NCBI RefSeq assembly: GCF_006345805.1
Contig: NC_043003.1
Coordinates: 112,902,001-112,966,000, forward strand
Reading direction: 5' to 3'
Source: Octopus sinensis
Taxonomy: Eukaryota
DNA: 64,000 nucleotides
Below are positions 12,898-25,149 of this stretch, piece by piece (position 1 is the first letter of the stretch; each line of letters opens with the position of its first letter). A model generated the notes under the pieces. It saw only the letters and a program-made list of their open reading frames with translations. It was not told where the DNA came from and did not search any database. Both the position numbers and the translations under genes were made by a program.

Positions 12898-13468
12898 CAT
12901 TATTATTATTATATTATTATATTATTATTATTATTTTATTATTATTATTAAACAAGATTTTTATTTCTATCTGAAACTTCTCGGTTTCTATGAAGATTTT
13001 TCTCAAAATTTCAATCATGTTTCTGTTATTCGTTTTTTTTTTTCTGGTTCTTAGTTTTGAGAGAATTAAATGCTACTTAACATATTGTGCCATATTATAT
13101 TATTCCAGCAAATGTCTACTTGATGTTATAAAATGTATCATAATGAAAGAGCTTTATGCCCCTGCAGTAACTGTTGTAGTATCTGAGCAGGTTATTTCAC
13201 GACTCACAAACTCGTTGATGCAACACTAATATTTCTGCCTTGAAGGTAACCAATGATTACGTAGTAAAAATGCAGTAAGTAAAAATACAAGCAAAATATA
13301 AAATATGCGTTCAAATAAGCGAACAAAAAGGAATAATGGAGCCATTCAAGACACGATAAACTTTACAGAGAACCAAAATATAACAACTTTTATAACCCAC
13401 ACAGGAAATATATTAATTTAAGACGATAAAATATTCGTTTATATATTTCATATATTTCGTTTATATAT

Positions 13469-13577
13469 TTATTTCAAGATTGCTAGCTAATAGAAAAAGA
13501 TCCAAGGCTCCCTCATTGGAATTTTAACATCAACAGGGTATTTTGTCTGTCTGTCTGACTGTATGTATGTATGTATG

Positions 13578-13608
<31 letters not shown>

Positions 13609-13675
13609 GTATGTATGTATGTTTGTATGTATGTATACGTGCAGATTTATATGTTCTGTTTTATGTATGTCTCAT
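13469..13675. repeat. ~200-bp direct repeat, copy 2
   Basis: Nearly identical to 10394-10591. Confidence 0.85.
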
Positions 13676-16044
13676 AAAATAAATTCTGTGGAAATCTGAA
13701 TTTCTATGATAAAAGGCTGCAGTCAAAATCGTTTATAATCTGTATGCTGTTACCAACTTTGCTCTAAATCTTACTCCCTACGCTCAACTGTCTTCCCTCA
13801 TTTTACAAAGCTGTAAATGTGTATGGGAGTGTATGTGCAATTTCCTATTAAAAGGAGGGCTTCATTATTTGGTACTAGTGAATTTGAACTATCTGCAAAA
13901 CACACCGTGAAGAAGGGTTGCGTAAGTGACATGAAAATTAAGGTCCCAATGATATATTTAAAATCCAATAGCGGATTAAATTCAAATATATTAATTTCAC
14001 TAATGGATCACTAAATTAGATTACATATACTTTCAAATCCTTATATAGAATTGGACACAACTTAAATGTGCAGAACAGTAATTCTTATTAATCAATAAAT
14101 ATGGCGTCATAATTTCAAACAAGATAAATGAAAATGTGACATTCGCTCATTCCAAGTTGAATTAAGTATATACGTGCACGAAAATAGATACCTTGGAAGG
14201 CGAAACTCTCTTCTACATGATACCAGTCTCTTGTTTATGATGGAACATAATTTATAGATGACAAATGTAATATTTTCTTACATATAACAATAGCATGCAA
14301 TCACATTGAAAGAGTGGAAGAAAATGTTGATTGTTGACGTTCAGCACGATACTGTCATAAGAGTGAAACGGGTTCGTTTCTAACCGAAGTGAATCTGCAT
14401 CCAGAATTAACTCTCTTCTTGCTCTCTCAAATAATCACTTTAATGTGATGAAAATATTGCTGTAGAACATTCGAATATGACATTTGTCAGTTTGCTTATA
14501 AGCAAAATCTTGTATTAAAACATGGTGAACAGCACATTCATCAGCGAATTAGAAAAACAAAGAGCTTTTTTTCGGACAAGTCTAACTTCTTTAGTTATAT
14601 TCTTTTTAGTTTGGCTGAAAGTAGTATTAAATATTATTCTAAGGCTTACATTCGCAGCCTTGTTCCCCCATACCATATTCTACGTGAAATAATATAGCTT
14701 TTACGGTAAGTTTTTCTATTAAGAGTAAACGTTATGTGTGACATAAATACTTAACACATCGAAGTTTTCATTCTAATTTTAATAATCTTTATAAACGTAT
14801 AAATTTTTGTTTATAGGTATTTGGAAATATAAATAAGTCCCATGAAAGCTTCAGTCAAGAAATCTCGATAACTCGTGACTTCAGTCCTGTTACATAATAA
14901 AAGATCCCTCGCTGCTCATACAATTTTTGTTTTACCTCTCCTGTGACTCTGTCAACTTGAACATTGAAATAAAAGAAAACCCACGAACACGTGATACACA
15001 ACCAAGTTGAATTTGTCTGGTTTGCTTATTTTTTATTTGTTAGAACTTTGAGGAAAAGAAATATTATAAAAAACGCAATAGAGAATGAGAGCTGAAATAT
15101 TTGACTCACCGAAAAAAACGAAAAAGAAACGAAGATCTCTAACGCTGTGGATGAGATGAGAAAGAGAATGACATAATTTTTGATTATGGAGGCAAGCAAT
15201 GCAGACGAGAAGAATGCAGTCATGGGAAATTACACAGAGTAAAGGAAGAAAAACAACAGAGGTATGCAGTGAATGAAAAATAAAATAGATCTCAGAAAAC
15301 TAGTAATAATAAAAGTGGGAAGGAAAAGGTGATAGAGATAAAAAAAATATGGCGAAGGCGATATCCTCAAGGGATTGCGTAAGAGAGGAGGGATAAAAAT
15401 ATCAAGTGTTGTGAGCAAGTTAAAAGTTAATATGTTAATGAGTTTAAGAGAAAGTTAAGAGGGGAAGAAAGAGAAAACATGTACGAATAAGAAAGTGAAG
15501 AGAAGGAAAATATAAATACAAAACAGAGAAAAGAAACAGATGGGAAAGATGATGAGAAAGCGAATCCAGGAAGGAATGTTTTGACGAATAAAGAAAAATA
15601 AAAGATTGAAACGAGGAAGCAAAAAAGAACAAAACACTTAAGAAAGATTTAAAAATTAATTAGAAAAATAAGGAAATAGAAATAAAAACAATTAAGAAAG
15701 AAAAGTTGAAAGCAGCGGAAGTCAAATGAAATTGAAAAAAGTAAACGGAAGTGTGAAATGATTAAAGGGAACTGAAAAATAATGAAAAAAAAGAAATAAA
15801 ATACAAAATATTTGTTGAAATGAGTAAAATATTTAAACGATAAAAATGAAAATCAAGAAATTTAAAATATATTTCAAATATTCAAAATAAATGCCGAATA
15901 ATATAAGGTGAAAACGAAAAATACGAGAAAGATGAAAAAGCGACTTTTTAAAGAGAGTGATAAATGTAAAGAGGTGATAAATGTAACGAATTATTGGAAT
16001 ATTTCGTTTCTTTCTATCTTTGGAGTGACAAGATGTTCAGTAAC

Positions 16045-16047
<3 letters not shown>

Positions 16048-16090
<43 letters not shown>

Positions 16091-16181
16091 CAATAATAAT
16101 AATAATAATAATAATGTAGTAGTAGTAGTAGTAGTAATAATAATAATAATAAAATAATAATAATATAAAAAATAATAATAA

Positions 16182-16212
<31 letters not shown>

Positions 16213-16345
16213 AAAGAAGAAGAAGAAGAAGAAAAAGAAGAAGAAGAAGAAGAAAAAGAAGAAGAAGAAGAAGAAGAAGAAGAAGAAGAAGAAGAAGAAG
16301 AAGAAGAAGAAGAAGAAGAAGAAGAAGAAGAAGAAGAAGAAGAAT
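16048..16345. repeat. Compound (AAT)n-(AGT)n-(AAT)n-(AAG)n microsatellite
   Basis: Direct reading. Confidence 0.95.
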
Positions 16346-17155
16346 GGCGGTACGGTGTCACAGAATTTGGGTTGGAAAAGAGTTATTGCCAGTACTTGAT
16401 ATGTGATTATTTTACAGATCGAAGTGATATGAAGAGTAAATTAAGCGTTGGAAGGTTTCGAAATCACAATATAAAAGGAAGCAAATATATACCAAAAGAT
16501 AATTTATTCCGATGATTGATTCTTTGGGACATCCACAAATAAAACAATAAAACATTAATAACATTCCCCAAATCTGGCATTAGCACAAGAGACCAGCGCC
16601 GGCAAGATTATTTTATGACATTTGCTTCAAGTTTTGACCTTCTCAATTTAAATCTCCTCTGAGATAAATTTTATTTTTCACCCTTAAAGAACCAGTCAAG
16701 TATATGGGTCAATGAAACCGACTAACCCCTAGAAAAGTATAAAATGCAGTGAATCGCCTGGAATGTTAAGGCAATGAACGCATCCATCCTCGGTGTATTT
16801 ACTTTAGATCTCGCACTGGTATCGATGTGCTCGACAAACCTCTCCACTTAAAACTGGTGGTCTTGTATTTAAATTAGAAACGTTGATTGTCGGGGCTTGA
16901 CTTGTAGAGTCCAATATCACCTCTTATTAGTCTTCTCAAAACTCTGTGACACAGATGTACTGAAAACCTGAGTATATTACATGAAAATTTTTCTTATGGT
17001 AGAGAAATAGCTAGTGTTTGGCTGTTATTTCTAAATTTCAGTTTGTGGTGAAGCAAATGTTTTGCTGAACCCTAATTATAATTATACACGTAATTATAAG
17101 AATTTTGTTTATACACACACACACACAGACAGCATATTAAATATAAATATATATC

Positions 17156-17266
<111 letters not shown>

Positions 17267-17452
17267 GTGTGTGTGTTGAAAGAGGTATTGGTATCTAGAA
17301 GACCCAAAAGATTATATCGATATCTTTCCCCTATAAATGTCCTGAAATCTCCTCACAGCCTTGCTTTTTTATCTCATATTTTCAAATGTGTGTGTATATA
17401 TATATACACACATTTGACAAAATGAGATAACAAAGCCAGGCTGTGGAGGTAC

Positions 17453-17519
<67 letters not shown>

Positions 17520-17534
17520 TATATATAAGTACCA

Positions 17535-18205
17535 TCCTCCCTATTTGTGGAAGGAGCCTGTCGAAGAGATAGAGCCGGGAAGACATTGGATGATTTGGTG
17601 AAGCATAACCTTCGAACACTGGGCCTCACAGAGGCAATGACAGTAGACTGAAAACTTTGCAGATATGCTGTGATTGAGAAGACATGGCAACTAAAGTGAG
17701 ATCGCAGCCACGCATGTCCGGCCCAGGTAAGAGTACCCCTGATGCATTGGGCGATATTATATGCTTGAGAAGGCCTGTTGAGTCAGCTGAAACCAATATC
17801 GTAGCTGTGGCCAGTACCCCTGACCGGCTCTCGTGCCGGTGGCACGTAAAAAGCACCACCTGAACGTGGTCGATGCCAGGTTCGCCTGACAGGCTCCACT
17901 GCCGGTGGCACGTAAAAAGTATCATCCGAATCTGATCGATGCCAGTACCCCCTAAGTGGTTCCCGTGCCGGTGGCACGTGAAAAGCACTATCCGAACGTG
18001 ATCGATAACAGGCCCGCCTAATTGGCTCCTGTGCCGGTGGCACGTAAAAAGCACCCAATACACTCTCGGAGTGGTTGGCGTTAGGAAGGGCATTCAGCTG
18101 TAGAAACATTGCCAATCAGATTGGACGTGGTGCAGCCGCTGGCTCTCCAGACCCTCGGTCAAACTGTCCAACCCATGCCAGCGTGGAAAACGGACGTTAA
18201 ACGAA
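17535..18205 (+). mobile_element. RTE-like LINE 3' end with a 66-bp tandem repeat in the 3' UTR
   Basis: VEGACRRDRAGKTLDDLVKHNLRTLGLTEAMT...RYAVIEKT resembles the RTE ORF end. The tail GGTTGGCGTTAGGAAGGGCA...GGAAAACGGACGTTAAACG is RTE-tail-like by recall. Core TGCCGGTGGCACGT recurs at 17834, 17900, 17966 and 18032. Confidence 0.75.
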
Positions 18206-18206
18206 G

Positions 18207-18239
<33 letters not shown>

Positions 18240-18299
18240 ATATAATATATATATATATATACTATATATCTATATATATATATATATATATATATAATA

Positions 18300-18347
<48 letters not shown>

Positions 18348-18615
18348 GATATATACATATATAGCATATATATATATATATATATATATACATACACACA
18401 CATATATATATATACTCAAATATATATGTATGTTATAATATATAGATATATATCTATATATATATATTTATATATATATTTATACACATATAACATATTT
18501 GTACCTCTCTTTCACTGTGTGTCTGTCTCTGTATAATATATATATATATTGGTAAAACGGTAGATAACAAAAGAAGAAAGAGACCTCAATATTATGTAAA
18601 TAGTAGAAATTTATC

Positions 18616-18997
18616 TATACAATAATATGTTACATTACTCGATAGTCAAGATAAAACTCTGAGTTTCAGATGCCGAAGTGGGAATCCACAACACCATCTC
18701 TTCGGTTATCTGGCTATTTGAAAACGCTATGAAAAAATACCGTTATACAAAGGGAAATTACTGTGTTATAACTCTGCTTGCCTGCGTACTTATACATCGC
18801 TCGCATTTTTCGTCGTAAAAATTATATAAAAATACATAAAGAATATATAAAAAATATATAAAAATATATAAAATCTTCTTGGGACATAACATAGAAAGCA
18901 TGTTCTATCTGTTTTCTTTAGGGGACCAAAAACGTAACAGAAATTTAGTCACAGAGTTTTATCTTGACTATCGAGTAATGTAACATATAATTGTATA
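18616..18997. repeat. Inverted-repeat element with 46-bp arms
   Basis: 18616-18661 is the reverse complement of 18952-18997 with 1 mismatch (37 bp perfect). Confidence 0.85.
18649..18711 (-). ncRNA. Hammerhead-like motif, variant core
   Basis: AGATAA-CCGAAGA-GATG..CATC-T-GAAA-CTC-A-GAG-T-T-TTATCT. 6-bp stem I and palindromic stem III, but U4 is C, an extra U precedes GAAA, the triplet is GUU, and a competing CCGAAG/CTTCGG hairpin exists. Confidence 0.35.
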
Positions 18998-19130
18998 TAT
19001 ATATATACATATACATAATCCGAAATTAAGACAAAATGACATCTCTGCTAATGCTTTCAAATTTAGGATCAAGGTCAAATTTAGGATCAAGGTCAACAGT
19101 TTTCTATTTTTATATGGGCGGCAAATTCAA

Positions 19131-19292
19131 TTAAATCAGCCCCAGTGCTCAACTGGTAGTTATTTTATCGACCCCGAAATGAAGGACGACAGAATCGACG
19201 TCGGCAGTATTTGAACTCAGAACGAAAAGGCAGATGAAATGACGCGAAGCATTTTGCCCGGCGTCCTATAATGATTCTGCCAGCTCGCTGCC
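19131..19292 (-). mobile_element. SINE family C, diverged
   Basis: Reverse complement of the head (GGCAGCGAGCTGGCAGAATC) and core of the 9298 element. Confidence 0.75.
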
Positions 19293-19639
19293 TTGAAAGT
19301 TGCTCTAATAACGAGTGTTCTTCTGGTAGCAACTAATATAGTTGCTCATTCCTCATCTTGTTAGTCAAAAAAATACCTGCGAATACTAATCACATTCCTG
19401 CCAACATCCTTTTCGAACATCCTTTTCGAAGACATAAGAGAAAAGAAAGTAGCTGGTGTCGCTTTGTTGGCATTAATCCAACGTGGCTTCGGCTGATTAA
19501 GAGAGCGTTAAACACACAGAAGATATCTTGATATTCTTTCAAACTTGCCAGTGTTATTCTTCGAGTGCCATATGAGACGGGTTAGTCTTACTCAACCATA
19601 GAATTTTTTTTTGTCCTATGCAGCTGAGTCTCACTCTCC

Positions 19640-19676
<37 letters not shown>

Positions 19677-19677
<1 letters not shown>

Positions 19678-20079
19678 TCTTACTCTTTTACTTGTTTCAG
19701 TCATTTGACTGCGGCCATGCTGGAGCACCGCCTTTAGTCGAGCAAATCGACCCCGGGACTTATTCTTTATAAGCCCTGTACTTATTATATCGGTCTCTTT
19801 TGCCGAACCGCTAAGTGACGGTGACGTAAACACACCAGCATCGGTTGTCAAGCAATGCTAGGGGGACAAACACAGACACACAAACACACACACGCATACA
19901 TATATATATATATATACGACAGGCTTCTTTCAGTTTCCGTCTACCAAATCCACTCACAAGGCATTGGTCGGCCCGGGGCTATAGTAGACGACACTTGCCC
20001 AAGATGCCACGCAGTGGGACTGAACCCGGAACCATGTGGTTGGTTAGCAAGCTACTTACCACACAGCCACTCCTGCGCC
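19677..20079 (-). mobile_element. SINE family B, full length
   Basis: Reverse complement of 8387-8814; (TA)n on both flanks. Confidence 0.85.
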
Positions 20080-20152
<73 letters not shown>

Positions 20153-20173
20153 GTATATATATATATATATTAT

Positions 20174-20231
<58 letters not shown>

Positions 20232-20282
20232 GTGTGTGTGTGTATGTATGTTCATGCGTGTATGTGTGTGTGTGTGTGTGTT

Positions 20283-20500
20283 TATCTTTAAACTGGTTCT
20301 GGTCATTAAACTGCTGCCATGCTGGAGCACCGCCTGGAAGAATTTTGGTCAAACGAGTCGACTCCAGTCCCTTATTTGTTTCAAGCGTGGTACTTATTGT
20401 ATCGTTTTTTTAAAAATTGAAACGGGTAAGTTACGGGGACATAAAAACATCAACACCGGTTGTCAAGCTGTGGTGGGAGAAACATAGACACACACGAACA
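20283..20500 (-). mobile_element. Older SINE family B-related 3' fragment
   Basis: CCATGCTGGAGCACCGCC and CACCGGTTGTCAAGC motifs shared with family B. Confidence 0.65.
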
Positions 20501-20507
20501 TATTATA

Positions 20508-20562
<55 letters not shown>

Positions 20563-21023
20563 TCTGTCTGGATGTTTTGCGTTCTTGTCTCATTTTTGTA
20601 ATTTTTATATAAAAGTATAGTGACCTACGTACACCTCGGTCTCTTATATGTAAGATTATATATATCTAAATTTTGTACGACTCTTATTCTTTCTATTCTT
20701 TCATTCTTTCCTTCTTTCTAGCAGCCCTTTCACACTTACCTCGTTTATTCCACTCTTCGTTCTTTCGTTCCCCCTCTCTCACATTTCCTGACCTTCTCTT
20801 CATACTCACTTTCCCTCCTCTTTCACTTCATTCTGTCCCTTTCATTGTCTTTCTCGCCACTCCTTAATTCTTCTGTCTTTCTGCTTCTACCCCTCTCTAT
20901 TCTCTCCCCATGTGACCGGCGTTCGGCCAGGCCTGACCTTTCTTTCTGGGTTCGACTACCATCCATGCAACATATGTATTCTTCCCTTATGTCACTGCCA
21001 TAAAGCTTTACTTCCACACACAC

Positions 21024-21375
21024 CAGCTTGATTTAATTCATCCTTAGTCGAAAGACACCTGTTGTTGTGTCCTATTATTTATATTTGTATAACATTTCTC
21101 CGTTTTTTCCGTCCTTGTTTTCGTTTACATTCGCTGCTTTCTTCCAAGGAATCTAATGCTCTTAGCTTATATTTTCCTTGGGGCTGGCCAGATTGGATCA
21201 ATCTCGAGTATAACCAGCCGAAATTGCAACGATAATCTGGAACTCGACTGAAGAAAGAAAACACGAAATGACTCGTCTTTGTTTTCTTTGTATCGTCTGT
21301 CTGGGTGTTTGTTGTTCCATTTTTGTATCACTTATGTGGATGTTTTGCATTCTTGTTTCATTTTTGTAATTTATT
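21024..21375 (+). repeat. Family F repeat
   Basis: Homologous to 6256-6540. Confidence 0.75.
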
Positions 21376-21559
21376 TATACGATGGAAGGACCGTAGTTAA
21401 ACTCCTGGTTCGATAATAAAACGAGTGAGGAGTTTAATGCGGATATTGTATGGGGATACAATCGGGCAGTTAATTTTCAAAACTGAAACAGCTGTAAGTC
21501 GAGATTCTTTTTGTAGCTAATTAACAAATTATTGTATCTCCATTTTCTATTTTCCTTTA

Positions 21560-21635
<76 letters not shown>

Positions 21636-21704
21636 GTGTGTGTGCGTGTGTGTGTGTGGTGTGTGTGCGTGTGTGTGTGTGTGTAAATATCTGTCACAAG
21701 TTTC

Positions 21705-21855
21705 TTATAGTTTCTCTTAATCAAATTTACTCACAAGGCTTTGGTCGGCCTAAGCTTATTGTAGAAGTCACTTGCTCAAGATGATGCGCAGTGGGACTGA
21801 ACCCGTTACCATATGGTTGGGAAGCAAACTTCTTACCACAGAGCCACGCCTGCAC
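21705..21855 (-). mobile_element. SINE family B head fragment, diverged
   Basis: ACTCACAAGGCTTTGGTCGGCC...GGGACTGAACCCG...CTTACCACAGAGCCACGCCTGC matches the family B head in reverse. Confidence 0.75.
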
Positions 21856-21883
21856 CTATATGTGTTTGTGTGTATGTGTATGT

Positions 21884-21925
<42 letters not shown>

Positions 21926-22089
21926 TGTGTATGCATTCGTGTGTATATGTGCTTTTTGTATATGAGTAATTTGTTTCAGAGAGTGTATATGTTTCTCTGT
22001 TGTGTGCGTTAAATATTTATAGTAAACTAAACAGAGGAATGTTTTTCGTTTCGTCTATTTCTTTTCATTTTTGCTTTACAAAATCCAAG

Positions 22090-22261
22090 GACAAAAAGAT
22101 TTGACATGCCATATGTGACAGTAAACCTTGAACCAGTGAACTGTTGGCTAATTCGATTTAAACGTCTTCTAGATACACTCCAGGCTGTTATTACAGATGG
22201 AAAACATCTTGATAAGAAAAGCAACAAAGAAAGGAGAGGAAGCAAGGAAACTGAAGTGTAA
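22090..22261 (+). CDS. Candidate terminal coding exon (TKRFDMPYVTVNLEPVNCWLIRFKRLLDTLQAVITDGKHLDKKSNKERRGSKETEV*), product unknown
   Basis: Non-repetitive open frame 22031-22261, long polypyrimidine tract upstream (but only AAG acceptors), class I PDZ-type end ETEV, AATAAA at 22384 followed by a T/GT-rich tract. No family recognised. Confidence 0.3.
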
Positions 22262-23049
22262 AGCAGCATCTTTGTAACCGTTAAAAAAATCTTAATCGCT
22301 AAGACAACGAAATTGTTCAGTGGACCCATAATGTCATCACATTATATTTTTATTATTTTGAAATATTCTTAATGCACTTATTAAATAAAATTTCTTTGTT
22401 TTGGATTTTATGATTTTATCTTTCATGGTCTAGGTTTTAATATGGTTCTTTAGTTTCGTTTTTAATATATTTTTATAGGTTTTGTTCGTGCTACTTTCAT
22501 TTAGTATTATGTTTATGATTTTCTACTTCATACTCAAACATGTGAATGTGTATGTGCGTATGTGTGTGTGTGTATGTGTGCGGATGTTTGGATATGCAGA
22601 CATATATACACACGCACTAAAATACTGACATACATATGTACGGAGATACATGTACACACGCGAACACACACATATATGCATAAACATATATATGTAAATA
22701 GATATGTATGTCTGTATGTATTTGTCATATCATTTAAGTCTACTTACTATTTTCCGCTTTGTTTCCTATTTGAGTTGGGATGGAATTCGCATGATTTTCA
22801 ATAACGTTACTGCAGACTACCATCTGATATAAAGTTTCATTGCACATCTATATATGGTTTTCACTAATTTGAAGGGAGAAACTTTCAAGAATAATTCAGT
22901 GAAACCAAATTATTCTTTAAATCGTTACAATATATCATTGCAACCGCAGACTCAGCAGATATTATTGACAACCTTAATACCTTGTTGGCTTTAAATTTCT
23001 TATGAACAGCTAGCTTATCTTTTTCACGACACACTTGTAAATAATGCAG

Positions 23050-23472
23050 GGATCTCTTCGGTTTGAACGGCAGTTTTTTCTAGCGGTGTCATATAAACTT
23101 ATCACCCATAATTATGACCCTAGTAACGATCTATTGCAGTTCAATCTATTTTAGGGTTAGGGTTAGAGTTAGGGTTAGGGGTGGAGGAAGGGTATCTTTT
23201 TTTCTTCAGAAATGTAAATAAACCCAATCTGTTCCTTAAACGAGGGACATTTTCATACGGCACAGAATGTTTTCACCTCAATAGACGTCATTGATTGGTT
23301 GAAATTGCAGAAATTGAAGGAAATAAACACAACAAATATGTTACAAACTATAGAATTTTCTCAAGAAAGCCAAGAGAAAAATATGTTTTATAAACCACAT
23401 TCTACCAGTATACGAAGTTTAAAAGTGTTTAGTTACGTGGAAATTATTTTAAAAAACTGCCGTTCAAACCGA
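23050..23472 (+). mobile_element. MITE with TIRs and internal (TTAGGG)n, copy 1
   Basis: TIR GGATCTCTTCGGTTTGAACGGCAGTT / AACTGCCGTTCAAACCGA (right end clipped); TTAGGG x5 at 23151-23180; flanking AATGCAG direct repeat. Confidence 0.85.
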
Positions 23473-23767
23473 AATGCAGTTCTATATTGAGAATGGTAAA
23501 ACTATAATGGTGCTGTTCATCTAATAATACACTTTGATTAAACAATGGCTACGATTTTGTTTTCAAGTTGATAATATACATCATGGGAATGTCCTGCAAT
23601 CCAGTACATCACATTTAATATCAGTTGTAAAACTTCAACTCAGTATTCTGTACTCCCTGAACAGTCATTAAATACACGCTGCTCAGCTTTCAGAATTATT
23701 AAACGTTGACTTTATGCAAAAAGACAGGTACTCGAAAAACTTATTCTTATTATTTTCAATGTCATAA

Positions 23768-23980
23768 TTCGGTTGAATCATTAGCGTGTCGGACAAAATG
23801 CTTAGCGGTATTTCTTCAACCGGTTCTTTACGTCCTGAGTTCGAATATCGCTGAGTTCAAATTTGCCTTTCATTCTTCTTGATTCATAAAATAATGTAGC
23901 AGACAAAGACTTTGGTCGATGTACTCTATTAACCCCCTCTCTGTAAGTTTAACGGTCTTGTACCAAAAATTTAAAAGAAT
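23768..23980 (+). mobile_element. SINE family C, diverged
   Basis: AAATGCTTAGCGGTATTTC...CTGAGTTCGAAT...GCCTTTCAT core; short tail type. Confidence 0.65.
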
Positions 23981-24229
23981 CGTAATTATTATTATTATTG
24001 TTAAGGCATAGTACGTTTGGAACGCACTAGGTTTATTATGACAAATATACTAAAATATCTTAAATCCTGAGCAATTATTCAACTATTTTCTTTTAGCTTC
24101 AATATCAAAGTCTTCCCTCTAAGTATAGACGAAGCCCATACAAATATTCTTCAGCTATTGATTACAAACCGAAATATTGCATGTCCATTAACTTACTAAT
24201 TTATGGTGTCTAAGACCCAACGACGTTGG

Positions 24230-24660
24230 TTAGAGACCGTGTCCTTAATGTGACCTTGCGTGTCCGGATGCTGCATGCAAAATTGTTTTCGGTTAGGAGC
24301 TGAGTGGTCCTCACAATGGTCGCACGCTGTTTACGCGAAGGAGTGCACGGTTGAGCCAATACTATTGATTCCATGACAGTGTTGTTTTCAAGCGCTTCGT
24401 TGCCTGTCCCCCGGCTATCCGCGTCATTTCTTTCGTGTAGATTTCTCTCTTATGGTTCTGTTGAGCACATCCTACAGACTTAATTCATCACATAGACGTT
24501 GTTCCTATGTCTGCTGATTGTTCAGCGTGGTAGCAGCACCGCCGACAGCCGCTAAGGAGATTATATCCACTGAGAGCTTTTTGGTGCGTTCAAAAATCAC
24601 ATAACCCCCCACCCACTTTTCCATGACAAGGCTAAGGCCTGGAATCTTCCAAACAGACAC
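24230..24660 (-). mobile_element. Possible LINE 5' region (RTE-like), very decayed
   Basis: Locally GC-richer block; minus-strand NNFACSIRT weakly resembles an APE-start motif (ACWNIRT). Confidence 0.2.
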
Positions 24661-25149
24661 ATGACATGTCACTTGGTCGAATTATCCCTTCATTTACCCC
24701 ACAAATGTTTTGTTGTCAATGCTGCACTTCCCCATATCACATGTTTCAACATAATTCTACTATATACACAAAATATGTCGTTTAAATCCCGAGCAACGCC
24801 GGGTATGTCTGCTACTTATTCCTATTGTTGCTGTTGTTGTTGTGTATCGCCTAAGCTGAACGTGTTTTGGAATTCCATGATAAGTTTTCCTTTCCGGAAG
24901 CAAATTTTGAATGAAGGATTCTTTTCTTTTTTTTTCAAAACTGGCATCGACTTTGTAATAGACTAAGGGAAAGACGAACGTGTGGAAGAAGGTTTCAGAG
25001 GTGAGACTGACTTTCGCATTCATTTCCTCTCCCAAATTACTACAGACGTAGTGGTATTCAAAATACTAATAACCGTAAAAGTAACCACAACAGCAACAGC
25101 TATGACAATAACAAATGTAGTAGCAGCAAGAACAGTAATGTGCAAAACA

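Noticed and set aside
15010-16010. Purine-rich 1-kb stretch with hydrophobic antisense ORFs
   Set aside because: Degenerate GA/A-rich low-complexity sequence.
17834-18056. CRISPR-like repeat-spacer look (22-bp core, 66-bp period)
   Set aside because: The spacers are homologous to each other, the context is a eukaryotic LINE 3' UTR, and there are no cas genes.
23151-23180. Telomere or healed chromosome end
   Set aside because: Only five hexamers, at the same internal position of a TIR element present twice.
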